A stretch of DNA of 64,000 nt. Origin: Octopus vulgaris. Lineage: Eukaryota. Where the stretch lies: contig OX597828.1 of NCBI GenBank assembly GCA_951406725.2, forward strand, positions 63,054,001 to 63,118,000, read 5' to 3'. The position numbers were made by a program, and so were the translations under genes. The notes below the pieces were generated by a model. It was not told the origin of the DNA and did not search any database. It saw nothing but the letters and a program-made list of their open reading frames with translations. Shown here one piece after another: positions 23,440-35,884 of the stretch. How positions within the stretch are numbered: position 1 is the first letter of the stretch; each line of letters begins with the position of its first letter.

Positions 23440-24886
23440 GGATCTTTTCCTTTTGAACGGCACTTTTCAACGCAATTTCTAGTTAACTAAACACTTTTAA
23501 ACTTCGTATACTGGTAGAATGTGTTTATAAAACATCATTTTTTCTTGGCTTTATTGAGAAAATTGTAATTTGTAAGTTTAACGTAGTTTAATTTTTCGAA
23601 TTTTAACCAATCCTATGCCCTCTATTTAGCTAAAATCATTTGCTGCGTCTAAAACTGAGACAACATCCCGTCACTAACCCTAACCCTAAATTTTAGCCTT
23701 TGGTTTTTTTTTTTTCTTAATTGTTAAATTAATTTAATTGTTACGCGTGTGTCTAAAATTATTCGTTTTGTTTTTGTTTTGAGTTTTTGCTTTCGTTTTA
23801 GCCTTTTGTTTTTTTCTTCTTAATTGTTAAATTAAAATTATTTTCCATTGCTTTCGTTTTAGCCTTTCGTTTTTTTGTTTTTTTTCTTAATTATTATCCT
23901 TAAATTAATTTAATAATTAAGAAAAAAAAACCGAAAGGCTAAAATTTAGGGTTAGGGTGAGGATTAGGGTTAGTGACAGGATGTTGTGTGTTAGACGCAG
24001 CAAATGATTTTAGCTAAATAAAAATTAAACTACGTTAAACAAACAAATTACAATTTTCTCAAGAAAGCCAAGAGAAAAAAATGGGATCTTTTCCTTTTGA
24101 ACGGCACATGGCAACACAATTTCTAGTTAACTAAACACTTTAAAACTTCGTATACTGGTAGAATGTGTCAAAATAAAACATTTTTTTCTCTTTGCTTTCT
24201 TGATAAAATTGTAATTTGTTTGTTTAACATAGTTTAATTTTTCGAATTTTAACCAATCAATTGCCTCTAATTGAGCTAAAATCATTTTCTGCGTCTAAAA
24301 CTGAGACAACATCCCGTCACTAACCCTAACCCTCACCCTCACCTCACCCTAACCCTAAATTTTAGCTTTTCGTTTTTTTTTTCCTTAATTGTTAAATTAA
24401 TTTAAGGATAACAATTAAGAAAAAAAAAACGAAAGCAATAGAAAATAATTTAAACAATTAACAAACAAAATAATTCTATAATTTTATACACACGCTTTCT
24501 GTGTAACGAAAGGCTAAAACGAAAGCAAAAACTCTAAACAAAAACAAAATGAATAATTTTAGACACATACGTAACAATTAAATTAATTTAACAATTAAGA
24601 AAAAAAAACGAAAGGCTAAAATTTAGGGTTAGGGTGAGGGTGAAGGTTAGTGACAGGATGTTGTCTCAGTTTTAGATGCAGCAAATGATTTTAGCTCACT
24701 AGAGGCGATTCATTGGTTAAAATTCGAAAAATTAAACTACGTTAAACAAACAAATTACAATTTTTTCAAGAAAGCCAAGAGAAAAAAAATGTTTTATTTT
24801 GACACATTCTACCAGTATACGAAGTTTTAAAGTGTTTAGTTAACTAGAGATTGTGTTGACATGTGCTGTTCAAAAGGAAACGATCC
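23440..24886. mobile_element. Two adjacent copies of a foldback DNA-transposon derivative with internal TTAGGG-like repeats
   Basis: Both start GGATCTTTTCCTTTTGAACGGCAC (23440, 24084). Copy 2 (24084-24886) is an ~800-bp imperfect palindrome ending caaaaggaaacgatcc. Copy 1 lacks its right end. taaccctaaccc / ttagggttaggg lie in the arms. Confidence 0.75.
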
Positions 24887-26349
24887 GAGAGACCCTCTCA
24901 AAGCACACAACACAGTATTCCCTCTTCTAACACAACCTCCTTGTTAAGTAGGAGATAAAGATTGCCTTTTGGTATTTAATGCTGTTTGTGTTGCCATTAA
25001 TTTATTCTTTTAGAACCATATGGGAAACAGACAGAGTAAAATGATGCCCACAGCTAAGAGCAGCTCTCTTTTTAATGTACATTATTTACATGATAACTAT
25101 TTCTTGGGTTTGTTTTAAAATTACAAACAACCCGCTTGAAATCTTCCTCAAATTACACAAGAATACTTTTTGGATGTTATCTTCATTACCCAGTGTTTGA
25201 AAAACAAAAGAGAATTGTCACGGATGGAATGTCTTTTGATCAAAGGTAATCGTGATTAGAACTGACCTGGGAGTTAAGCATCAACAGACTCGCCACTAAA
25301 GAATCTGAGGATTTCTAACATAAGCATCAAGCCTAAAATTTAGGGAAAAGGGAATGGTTGTATCAGTCCCTGTACTTAATTGATAACTTTTTTATTGTTT
25401 TTTAAAGGAATCAAGGCAAAGTTGGTCTTAACGATATTTGATCTCAGGACATATAAAACCACAATTACCTCAAAGTTAATTAGTAATAATTTCTAACATA
25501 GACTCAAGATCAGAATTTTTGAGGCGAGGAATTAGCAGTTTGGATAAACTTGTAAAGCAAACTTTGAACGTCCCTTATTTCAACATCTATGCTTTTTTAA
25601 AAAAAAATATAACTTATTTATTTAACGAGACAAATATCTTGATGGTGACTTATATGGGAGATGTTTCTCTACATTACTAACATGAAGCTGGTCACGTGGA
25701 ATCCTGTAAAGACTCTGGTGAAATTACACATTTTTATTACATTATATAAAGATCGATATTCACTAAAGAAAAAGAAAAACAAAACTATCAGCTTTTGTTT
25801 TAGAATAGCGTCGGAAATTATCTATTAATACTAAGAGCTATAAATTTTTAAGATGTGCGAGTTTCAAGTGTCAAAGATTAGGATTCTGAAAAATAAAATT
25901 ATATAACTAAAAGATAAATAAATAAATTAATTAGTTAAAACGGTGCTCTTTTCTGTAATTTTTCTATTTTGCCTTTTTGCTTCCTGAAAATTTTTTCAGA
26001 TTTATATTTTAAGTGTTTGCGATTAAGATTCTTCAAAGATATTCGTTAAAGAAAAAAGGTGAAAACTGAATTATTTTTTTATGTCTTCCACCGATTTATT
26101 AACAAGTATGAATGAAAAATATTATTGATCTGCTTAAATATTAGCACAACGTATATTTCGGTAATGCTCAATAGTTTTACAAAATTAAATTAGAAAATTG
26201 GACAAAACAGAGAATACACACAAAAAAATGAAATATTACAATGGAATGGGGAACTGTAATTTCAAGTAGGTACTTGTGACAGTTAACCTACAGTTTTGTG
26301 TCGTAAGTGACAATGGTGAAATCCCATAATTATATATTATATATTTATT

Positions 26350-26610
26350 GAAAATGTCCCTAGAGGAATTGGTACCAAGGGAATTGGACATTTGCGGTCG
26401 TAGAAAGGGGCACAGAAGAAACATGTGACTTGATTGAGATCCTTGATCATACATACAAAATACTTTGACCCATTATAACACAATGGGTTTGATGGTTAGG
26501 CTCCTGTGTTACTTTGGGCCACATATATCGTTATGAATTTGTGAACTATACACAGACTATTGAAGGCCAGTGGATACTGACCAAGAAGAAACTTAGAGGA
26601 CAATGCTGAA
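26350..26610 (+). pseudogene. Decayed Merlin (IS1595/ISXO2-like) DDE transposase fragment
   Basis: Reads RNWYQGNWTFAVVERGTEETCDLIEILDHTYKIL*PIITQWV and TQTIEGQWILTKKKL. This matches the family pattern GxWVFGgiERg..c.l..v.dRt...L.pii..wi ... HTQTIEgxW...K. Confidence 0.65.
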
Positions 26611-27000
26611 CGAAAGGTGCTTATTTAGATTGTATCTGTGTGAACATGAAATAGGTTCAGAGACCATGAAAAAGCTAGAAATATGTTCTCTGTATAGTTT
26701 CCATGTTGTACAAATATAATTTAAAGGATTTCACTGTCATTTGCAGTTTCTATCGCAGTTTAAGTCAATTATATCAACCCAATCCTGGAAGGATAAAAGG
26801 CAAAGTCAACCTCAGTGGAATTTGAACTTAGAACGTGAAGACAACAAAATGCCGCTAAGCATCTCACCTGGCATGTTAACAATTCTGTTAGCTCGCCATT
26901 TTAGCAAGAGACAAAATGTTAGTTTTGAATTTTGGCACAAGGCCAGCAATATCGGGGGAGGGAGGGAGTCGATTATTTTGACCTCAGTGCTCAACTGGTA

Positions 27001-30000
27001 TTGGGTCATCCTATAAATAATGCAGTTTTTTTCAATGGCATGAACTAAAAGTCAGAGTGGGGTGGGATAAACTACCTGCATCAACTTGTTATAAAAGCAG
27101 GTAGTAATTTTATCTTGTCCTTATTCTTATGACAAGTTTTGAAGAATGCAGTTCGATTTTAACGGTTACTTTTACAAAGTTAAAATGGAAGTGACAAAGG
27201 AGCATATTTGGACTATTTTCCTTTCAATAATGGCAACAACGCAATGGGAAATGCAAGGAATATTAATCATTCAACTATAGTAGTAGTTGAATGATATTCT
27301 TAAGGCCACAATTTACTCACATGCAGCATCTTCAGAGCTTTGTCGCTAATTCAGTTCTTAACCAAATTGAAAACTGTTAACATTTTGGAAGGGGACTGGT
27401 CAGTCCAGTAGAAAAAAGTTTTCATCAAAATTTGTAGCAACATTATAGGAGAGTAAGTAGTGCCTCCAATCAAGTTTAGATCTAAATAACTTTTTTTCTT
27501 TTAAAAGCAAAATATATTTATCTTGGCTTCAATGATAGAAGAAAGCATGAGGAATTTCATAGTTTTGATCCCATGCAACAAAAATTTGTATAAAAAAAGG
27601 TGTGATGTAAAATATCATGAAAAAATATAAGGCAGAAAATTGGATTTAAGTATAATTAACATTTTTTATTTTAAAAGCAAACTATATTTTAATTAAGCGT
27701 AAATGATAGAGCTCAATTCGAGGAATTTCATGATATCAATCTCATACAACGAAGTTTTAAACAAAAAAAGTTATGAGTGTTTGTTTCTCAAATTTGAGGA
27801 TGATAATATAGTTCTATATTTTTTTATGAATATAGTTCTACAAGGGGACTTTTAATATGTCACCAGAATCGTTGAGGTAAGGAATTAGTTTAATTATGTC
27901 ATCTGTATTAATTAATGTAATTATATCATGTGAAAACAGTCTTGTAATATCTGAGAGGAGAAATAGAATTGTAGTTGTATACATTGACTAGAATTTCTCA
28001 GTTTTTAACACTTCTCAAAGAATTGTTCAACTACAGTAATAGTTGAATAATATTCTTAAGGCTGCAATTTACTCAACCACAGCATCTTTCAGAGCTTTGT
28101 TGCTAATTCAGTTCTTAACTCAATTGAAAATTGTTAAAATTTTTGAAGAAGGCTGGTCCCTGTAACAGCTCCAGTTAAAAGCAAATTATATTTATCTTAG
28201 CTTGATAGAAAAAAGCATAAGGTAAATCTTAAATTATTAATTGACACATTATTAATTAGCATAATAGCATAGCCTGGAAAAAACATGGATTACATGGAAA
28301 AATTCGAGCAAGAGGAATAATATTCTTAAGATTATAAACCTGGAAAAATTCAGGACAAGTTATTACATCTGGTAAAGTACAGAACAAGAAATTTTTTTCT
28401 TAAAGTATAGCAGCAAAGGATAAAATTTGAATATTAAAAATTATTTGATCTTAATTTACAAGGTAATATTATAATTAAAAAGGTACCATCATTTGTTAAA
28501 ATATTAACACACTAGAATACTTAAAAAGTGAGAACCAGAACTACCAATATAGCTAAAGTTTTATGCAAAGTAGAATAGTAAATATGGTAGGCAAATTCAT
28601 TATGTAAAAAATAGGCATTGGGTCAAGACTGAAAATGTGAAGACTTGGTAATAACTTAGGCAATAGCTCAAGCAAATTTGAGTTATTGCCAAGTCTTCAC
28701 ATTACTGTGAATTTGTTATTATAGATAGATTCTACTGTAATATATAACTAATTTTTGTATTATTCTATTTATTGCACTAACTAATTATGTACTACTATTA
28801 TTTTTATAACCTATTTTCAAATTTCTAATTATTAATTAATAATTAGAAAAATGATTTTTTTTTTTTGAAGTGCAAAAAATATTTTGAGTTATTTTTTAAA
28901 TTTTTAATTGAAGTAACAAGTAATAACAAATAGAACTAATAACTTGTAATAAAATATCAGCTTTTATTAAAATAAAAGCTGATATTTTCTTTGAAATTTT
29001 ATCTTTTAGCTGCAATATTTTAAGTAAAAATTTTCTTGTTCTGTACTTTACCAGATGTAATAACTTGTCCTGAATTTTTCCATGTGTAATAACTTGTCTT
29101 GTACTTTTAAAGGTTTACAATCTCAAGAATATTATTTCTCTTGCTTGCATATTTCCATGTAATGCAGTAAGTGGGGATTGGACAATAAGCATAAGCTAGT
29201 GTCAATGGTGGTTCCAGAAATTTTGAGGTGGAAACTACAGCCTAGAAGATGAGCCTCATCCTGGAAGATCTTTAGAACTTGAGGGCATCCTGCAAACCCT
29301 GCTGGAACAAAATCCTATTGTAACTTGAAGAACTAGCAGAGAAACTTGGATTTGGTCATTCAGCCATTCATCGACACCTGTGTGACATTGAAAAAGTCAG
29401 CAAATTGGGTCAATGTGTTCCTCGCAAACTTTCTGAGTCTAATCATGCACAGAGAGTGAATGCGTGCTCTTTTTTACCATCATGTCTCACAAATGAACCT
29501 TTTTTTGGACTGAATAATGACTGGTGATGAGAAATGTCTTCTTTATAAAAATGTCAAGTGCCGAAGACAGAGGGTAGGGAAAGAAGAAGCACTGGCACCC
29601 CAGGCTAAAGAAGGTCTTCACCTATGTAAGGTGTTGTCGTCTGTTTGTTATGATATGAAAGGTTTAGTCCACTTTGAATTTTTAAACTCAAGCCAAATGA
29701 TAACAAAGGAGATCTACTGTGAGTAGCTTGAGTGCCTCAAGTTAGCGCTAGAAGAAAAACGACCATCTCTGGTTTCAAGACAAAAGGTGTTCTACCATCA
29801 GGATAATGCTCAGCCACATACAGCAAGTACAACATTCCAAAGGCTGGATCAGTTTGAATGGGAAACGATGCCCCACCCACCATATTCTCCAGACATTGCC
29901 CCATTTGATTATCATTTATTCAGCAGTCTTCAAAATCATTTGGACGGAAAAAATATGAAATCTATAGACAAGGTCAGAACAGTACTGGAGGAGTATTTTT

Positions 30001-30173
30001 CATTCCAAAGTGAATTTTGGAAGAGGGGCCTTGCATGTCTACCAGATAGATGGAAGAACATTGTAGAAAATGAAGGAGAGAATATTTTAGATTTAAAAAA
30101 AAAACTTTGTTTATCTTAATTTTGAAAAATAGAAAAAGTATAAAAAAACCACACTATTTATGGGATGACCTAA
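27001..30173 (+). mobile_element. Decayed mariner (DD34D) transposon interrupted by a ~1.9-kb insertion
   Basis: TIRs ttgggtcatcctataaataa and ctatttatgggatgacctaa with a TA TSD. N-terminus MEVTKEHI at ~27185. It resumes at ~29161 with WWFQKF..SLEDEPHPGR, TGDEK, then HQDNA to YSPDIAPFDY with 34 residues between the catalytic aspartates. Several stops and frameshifts. Confidence 0.92.
28289..29163. mobile_element. MITE-like element with ~140-bp TIRs nested in the mariner
   Basis: attacatggaaa...tggaaaaattcaggacaagttattacatctggtaaagtacagaacaagaaa is mirrored at 29030-29163. Internal hairpin at about 28634-28702. Confidence 0.7.
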
Positions 30174-31212
30174 TACATATTTTATGGACCTCTCTGGGAT
30201 GAAAGGCAAAGTCAACCCCTGTGGAATTTGAAAGGAGAGATAAAAATATTAAAAACCATTTCCAAAAAATGCAATTTATTTCTGATGGCCTACAAACCAA
30301 CCTTGTATTCTGAACGGACTAAGACCCTGTGAATTTTATACTTTCAATATGTTAATATTTGAGATAATGTTGGGTGTCTGCCTTTACAGAAGAAATATCA
30401 TAAGATGATCTTCATGGAAATGTTTGTTCTGACCCCTCATTCTTGCTAAATTCCAGCAATACTGAGTTGCCTAATAAACATTTTCAGAAGGATATATAAG
30501 CACTTTATCTGTAGTTGTGTGTAATTCAGATAGAATGTTTTGTTTTTCTCATTACTTTTAATTATTGCCCATTTATTCTTTTGTTAATTGAATTGAATAA
30601 ATATTTATCATTAAAAAATAATAGGATATTTTATTTCATAGAAGCAACCAAAGTTAACAGCAAAATTATTCAGTTTGCTTTTTTTCCCCTCACCTTTTAA
30701 GGTTTCGTTAATAATTTATTCTTCTTTTTGCTTTTGTAGTGTTATGACAATTTTTCTTTATACAGACTTTTAAATCAAATTTAATAAATATCTGATACGG
30801 ATTGAAAATTAAACTCAATCTCATCTGAAATCAAACCGAGTGATTTCTGAGACTTTGTTAGTGTCCCAGCTCCGAGTAGATGCTATGAATTGGTGCTATG
30901 TCCAATACAAACTAGACAATCACTGCAGACTTTAAACACCATAAATAAGCTTAGTTTAGGGTGATGTATAACCCTTGTACTGGCCATGAACCCATGTTAA
31001 TGCCATGGGGGCTGTGAAGTGTTTCAAAATCTTTCGAGGGAAAACCACAGCTTTCCCCTGGGGTGATAAATAATTGAGGAACAGTTGTGGGTTTTCGTTT
31101 TGAATTTTATTTATTGATTTCTCTTTCCCCTCTATCTCCGACTCTCACCATGTTATTCTTGTGTATTTTTATCAACTTTGTTCCTTTTCCTCGAATTATT
31201 GTAAACTACATT

Positions 31213-31720
31213 CATCATCATCATCATCATCGTTTAACGTCCGTTTTCCATGCTAGCATAGGTTGGACGGTTTGACTGGGGTCTGGGAAGCCAGGAGGCT
31301 GCACCAGGTTCCAGTCTGATTTGGCAGTGTTTCTACAGCTGGATGCCCTTCCTAACGCCAACCACTCAGTGAGTGTAGTGGGTGCTTTTTATGTGCCACC
31401 GGCACAGGTGCCAGGTGAGGCTAGCAATGGCCACGATTGGTTGGTTCTTTTTACGTGCCACTGGCACAGAAGCCAGTCGAGGCGGCACTGGCATCGGCCA
31501 CATTCGTATGGTGCTTTTTACGTGCCACTAGCACAGGGATCACAACTACAATTTTCATTGATTTTTGATGTTGATGTACTTGACTCAATAGGTCTCCTCA
31601 AGCACAGGGTCGAAATGGTGTTTCTTTACTTGCCACCTGCACAGGAATCAGTCCAGCGGCACTGGCAATGGCCGGGTGCCAGTCATAGGATTTGGTTCAA
31701 TTTTGATTTTACTTGCCTTC
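31213..31720 (-). mobile_element. RTE-associated (Ceph-domain-like) SINE with (GAT)n tail
   Basis: Minus strand reads gtggttggcgttaggaagggcatccagctgtagaaac...ccgtccaacc..gctagcatggaaaacggacgttaaacgatgatgatg. Related copies near 2340-2510, 33000-33115, 35400-35600 and 38225-38390. Confidence 0.65.
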
Positions 31721-33123
31721 AAATAAAATGTGACATTTTTTCCTCACCAGAAATACAAAAATCAAACCTTTTTTGGAAGAATTTAAAATAATGAAACTGT
31801 AGTACCAACATTTTTTCATGTTGATATAAAGTTATATTGAGAAGATAAAATCGACTCCAATATTTGACTAGCGCTGACCTCAATGCAATTTGAACTCAGA
31901 ACGTAAAGGACACTAACAAAGCAGCATAAAGCATTTTCTCCAAATTCAGGAATAAGAGTCACAGGAAAACTCTACAAAAGGACTTAACTTTTGTTGTTTT
32001 GTTTTGTTATTGCTTTTAAAATATTCAACAAAACATGTTTATTTTCCCCCACATACTTGAAATGCCGTTATAGAAATTGTATTGTCAATTAATAAATAAC
32101 TTTCAATTTTAACTGTTTAATTACTGCAACAATTATTTAGGATATTTAAATACAATGTGACACTTTTACCTTCGAATTTTTTTTCCATGACAAAATTGTG
32201 ACTTTTTCTTCTGTGAATGGATTAAGTGGAGGAGGAATTTTTTTCTCCATTTCCATTTAGTCCAACGTTTTAACAATTCTGTCACTTCCGTCTCTTAATC
32301 AGTTGAACTTCTCTAAAACTTTTGCGATGGTTCCATGATAGGCCTTATGTGGTCAACCCACTTTGGAGAATCATTTAGATGTATTATTCATGTCACACAA
32401 CAACAGGACGAAACCTTTCAAGGTAGTTCAACCTACAAAAAATAGCAGCTAACTTTCTCACTACTTTTGAAAAAAAAAACAGGCATAACACACACACACA
32501 CATGCATGCGTGTTCGCACACAAACACATATATGCGTGTGTCTGACGTGTTGCTCATTGTACAACATTAATTTGATGGAGGGAGTGAATTAATGGACACC
32601 ACAAACTTTTGATCCCTACAAAACAAATCATTTGTGCAGCTTTGTTTTAGCAAGAAATTGCTGAACGATCTTTCTGGAACTACCATTATATATCATCAAC
32701 ATTTAACATCTATTTTCCATGCTGGCATGGGTTGGACAGGCCTGGCTGTATGGTAAGAATTTTGCTTCCCAATCAAGTATCTCTGCATGATATCTTTGGT
32801 GAGTATCTTCTACTGTAGCCTCAGGTCAACCAAAGCCTTGCTAGTGGATTTGGTGGACAGAAATTGAAAGAAGCCTGTTGCATATGCGTGTGTGCTTGTG
32901 TCTTTTTGTCTTGACATCACAAGATAATTGTAGATGTTAAATAATGATGATGATGATGTCACTATCATACATTGTCATTCTGTGAGAATACATTGCTTAG
33001 AAACAGCTGAGGGTTGGCAACAGGAAGGGCATCCAGCTGTTGAAAATCTGCCTCAAGTAAACTCCATTCAACTCATGCGAACATGAAAAGTGGACATTCA
33101 ATGATGATGATGATGTTGATGCA

Positions 33124-33417
33124 CAGTAGTGGACTGGCCAGGTTGCCAGCTTGCCCGATGGCAAGTGGGCCCTTGTGCCATTAGAATCCATATATGGGGC
33201 CCATGTTAGTATCTAAGGGGCCCATCCCCTCATGTTTGAGTATTTTTTATTCACTCCTGGAAGAATGCATGAATTATTTCAGCCTGGCTGTGTTTCTAGA
33301 CAGTTGAAAAGAATACTTTTGACAAAAAAAATAAATAATTAAATGATAGCATTGTAGTTGCGGGTGGGCCCCCTTAGTCTTCTGGCAACCAATATTTTTA
33401 GACCCAGTCCGACACTG
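33124..33417. mobile_element. Small hAT-like non-autonomous element
   Basis: Termini cagtagtggactgg and ccagtccgacactg are imperfect TIRs. Flanks ttgatgca / atgatgta match 6/8, consistent with an 8-bp TSD. Internal GGGCCC motifs. Confidence 0.45.
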
Positions 33418-34031
33418 ATGATGTATACCAACAAATGTGTTGTGGGGGTGGAGACTACATTGGATAAACGGGTTTAACTGTGAGGCACAGAATGATGGAA
33501 CATAGGCCACAAATTCATGACCTCCATGACCAAGAAAATACCCATGAGTAAACATCTGGATCTGTGCCCTACAAACATCCCAAATACCAAATTTTCCGGC
33601 TATATCAATGCATTAGAAACAGTTCAGCTCAATTCAGATTAAATAAGGAAAATGTGTTTATTAAGAAATACAAACTTCAACTTTGTTTTAGCAAGACATT
33701 GCTGAACACACGAAGATGAGAAACACAGTTTATTCAACCCAACTAAAAGTGACTCAAAGCAACAAAAATAAATCAAAAACTGAAGTAACGGGCTCCTGCT
33801 GGGATTTGAAACCCTACCTTCAAACTACTGTATGATTACACCTTGTGCACTTCTCAACACTATTTGCTGATATCACTTTAGGATTAACACATTAAATTTT
33901 GTTTCTGATGAAAACTGCACCTCACCAACCAGAAAAAATAAGCATTCAGTAGACTGAGATGTCTTAAGGGAATCAGCCAACTGGACAACTGGCAAAAACA
34001 AGTGACCAAGACAATTGATAAACAAATGACA

Positions 34032-34443
34032 TAAGCAGAAAATCAATCGACCAGAACACTGGACCACAAGTGATCAAAACAGTTGATAAATAGATGAATT
34101 CATCAAGAAACCAACCAACCAACCGGAATACTGGACTTCAGTCAAACTGACCAGAGCATCTGGAAAACAACATATTGAACAGTCAGTCAACCAGAACTAG
34201 GCCACATATTGATGAAAACAAGTGATGTCATTGAGTTTAAGCAGAAAATCAATCGACCAGAACACTGGACCACAAGTGATCAAAACAGTTGATAAATAGA
34301 TGAATTCATCAAGAAACCAACCAACCAACTGGAATACTGGACTTCAGTCAAACTGACCAGAGCATCTGGAAAACAACATATTGAACAGTCAGTCAACCAG
34401 AACTAGGCCACATATTGATGAAAACAAGTGATGTCATTGAGTT
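34032..34443. repeat. Near-perfect 206-bp tandem duplication
   Basis: taagcagaaaatcaatcgaccagaacactgg...gtcattgagtt starts at 34032 and at 34238. One visible substitution (aaccgg/aactgg). Confidence 0.9.
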
Positions 34444-35806
34444 TTTAACCAATCAGGACTTGAACCTATATCTTAAAAACCTATATATACAAAGCAATTT
34501 CAGTTTAAAACAGTTGAAGTTCCCATCAGCTAAACAAATAACAGAGACTTCTCCTTCATGTATTAAAATAGATGATGTAAAAAAAATCATTTTTTCCAAT
34601 CTTTTTTTTTCTTACTTTTAAAAACTTCATGTTTAACTGTTTATATAATTTACTGCTTTGGAACCCACCAAACTATCAATCATGTATTATTGCAAGGAAA
34701 TTCATCAAACATTTGGAGTTTTATTATTGTAAGGTGATGAGCTGGCAGAATCTTTTGCATTCTGGACAGAATCTTTAGTGGCACTCTGTTTGTCTTTACA
34801 TTCTGAGTTGAGTTCAAATGTTTCTGCTAAGACTGACTTTGCCTCTCATCATTTTGAGATCAATAAGATAAACCCCCACCCCACCACCTCCTTTCCCAAC
34901 TGCTGCCCTTATGCAAAAATTTGAAACTTTTATTTTCCATTGTGAAATTTATTGAAAACTGGAATTTCTATCATCATTTTGATTTTCTTTAAACATGTTT
35001 CAGCAAGTTTTCTTTTGTACCTTCACTTTCTTTTCAACTTTTTTATTTGTATCTTTGAAAAACAAAAACATTGTTGAAACTGGTATGGTGTTTGAATAGA
35101 TTGGAATCTATTTTAAGACTCAGGTTCATTTTTAATTCCCCCAAACCATCTCTTCCATATTCTTTCCTGCATGGAAGACATGGGACGAACACTGAAGAAT
35201 GTCCTCATGACGGTGAACCTTTCAGGCAAGATAAACAAAGGACTAAGATGCCTGGCATCTTGCTGTACACAAGAAGAGCCATACTCTGCTGTAGAAGTGG
35301 TAAGACCAGTCCCTTTGGTGGTATAAAGCACTTGCGACGGTGCCATGTAAACCACCTTTGTAGTGTCACATAAGAGTGCCTACGCAGTGCCCTGTAAAAG
35401 CGCCAGTGCAATGCTACATAAAAGCATCCAGCTCAGTCTGTAAAGTGGTTGGCATTAGAAAGGGAATCCAGCCAAAGAAACCATGCCAAATCAAGCTGGA
35501 CTCTGGTACAGCTCCCTCCAGCTTGACAGACTTGGTCAAATCATTCAGCCGATGCCAGCAATGGACAACGGATGTTAAATGATGATGATGAGGATGATGA
35601 TGAATCGACCCTGGTACTTATTTTTCTCTTTTTGTTAAACCTAGTACTTATTCTATCAGTCTCTTTTGCTGAACTGCTAAGTTATGGAGATGTAAACACA
35701 CCAATACCAGTTGTCAAGTAGTTTTGGTGGACAAATACAGAGACAAAGACACACACACATGTGTGTGTATATATATACATGTATACATACATATATATAG
35801 ATACCT

Positions 35807-35884
<78 letters not shown>

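Noticed and set aside
33274-33570. 93-aa minus-strand ORF (MFTHGYFLGHGG...)
   Set aside because: No recognisable homology, only a modest acceptor, and its 3' half lies in a hAT-like element.
35071-35411. Overlapping 68-100 aa ORFs with a gtaaga donor
   Set aside because: The sequence is an RTE LINE tail (RKTWDE..DAWHLAV) joined to a SINE.
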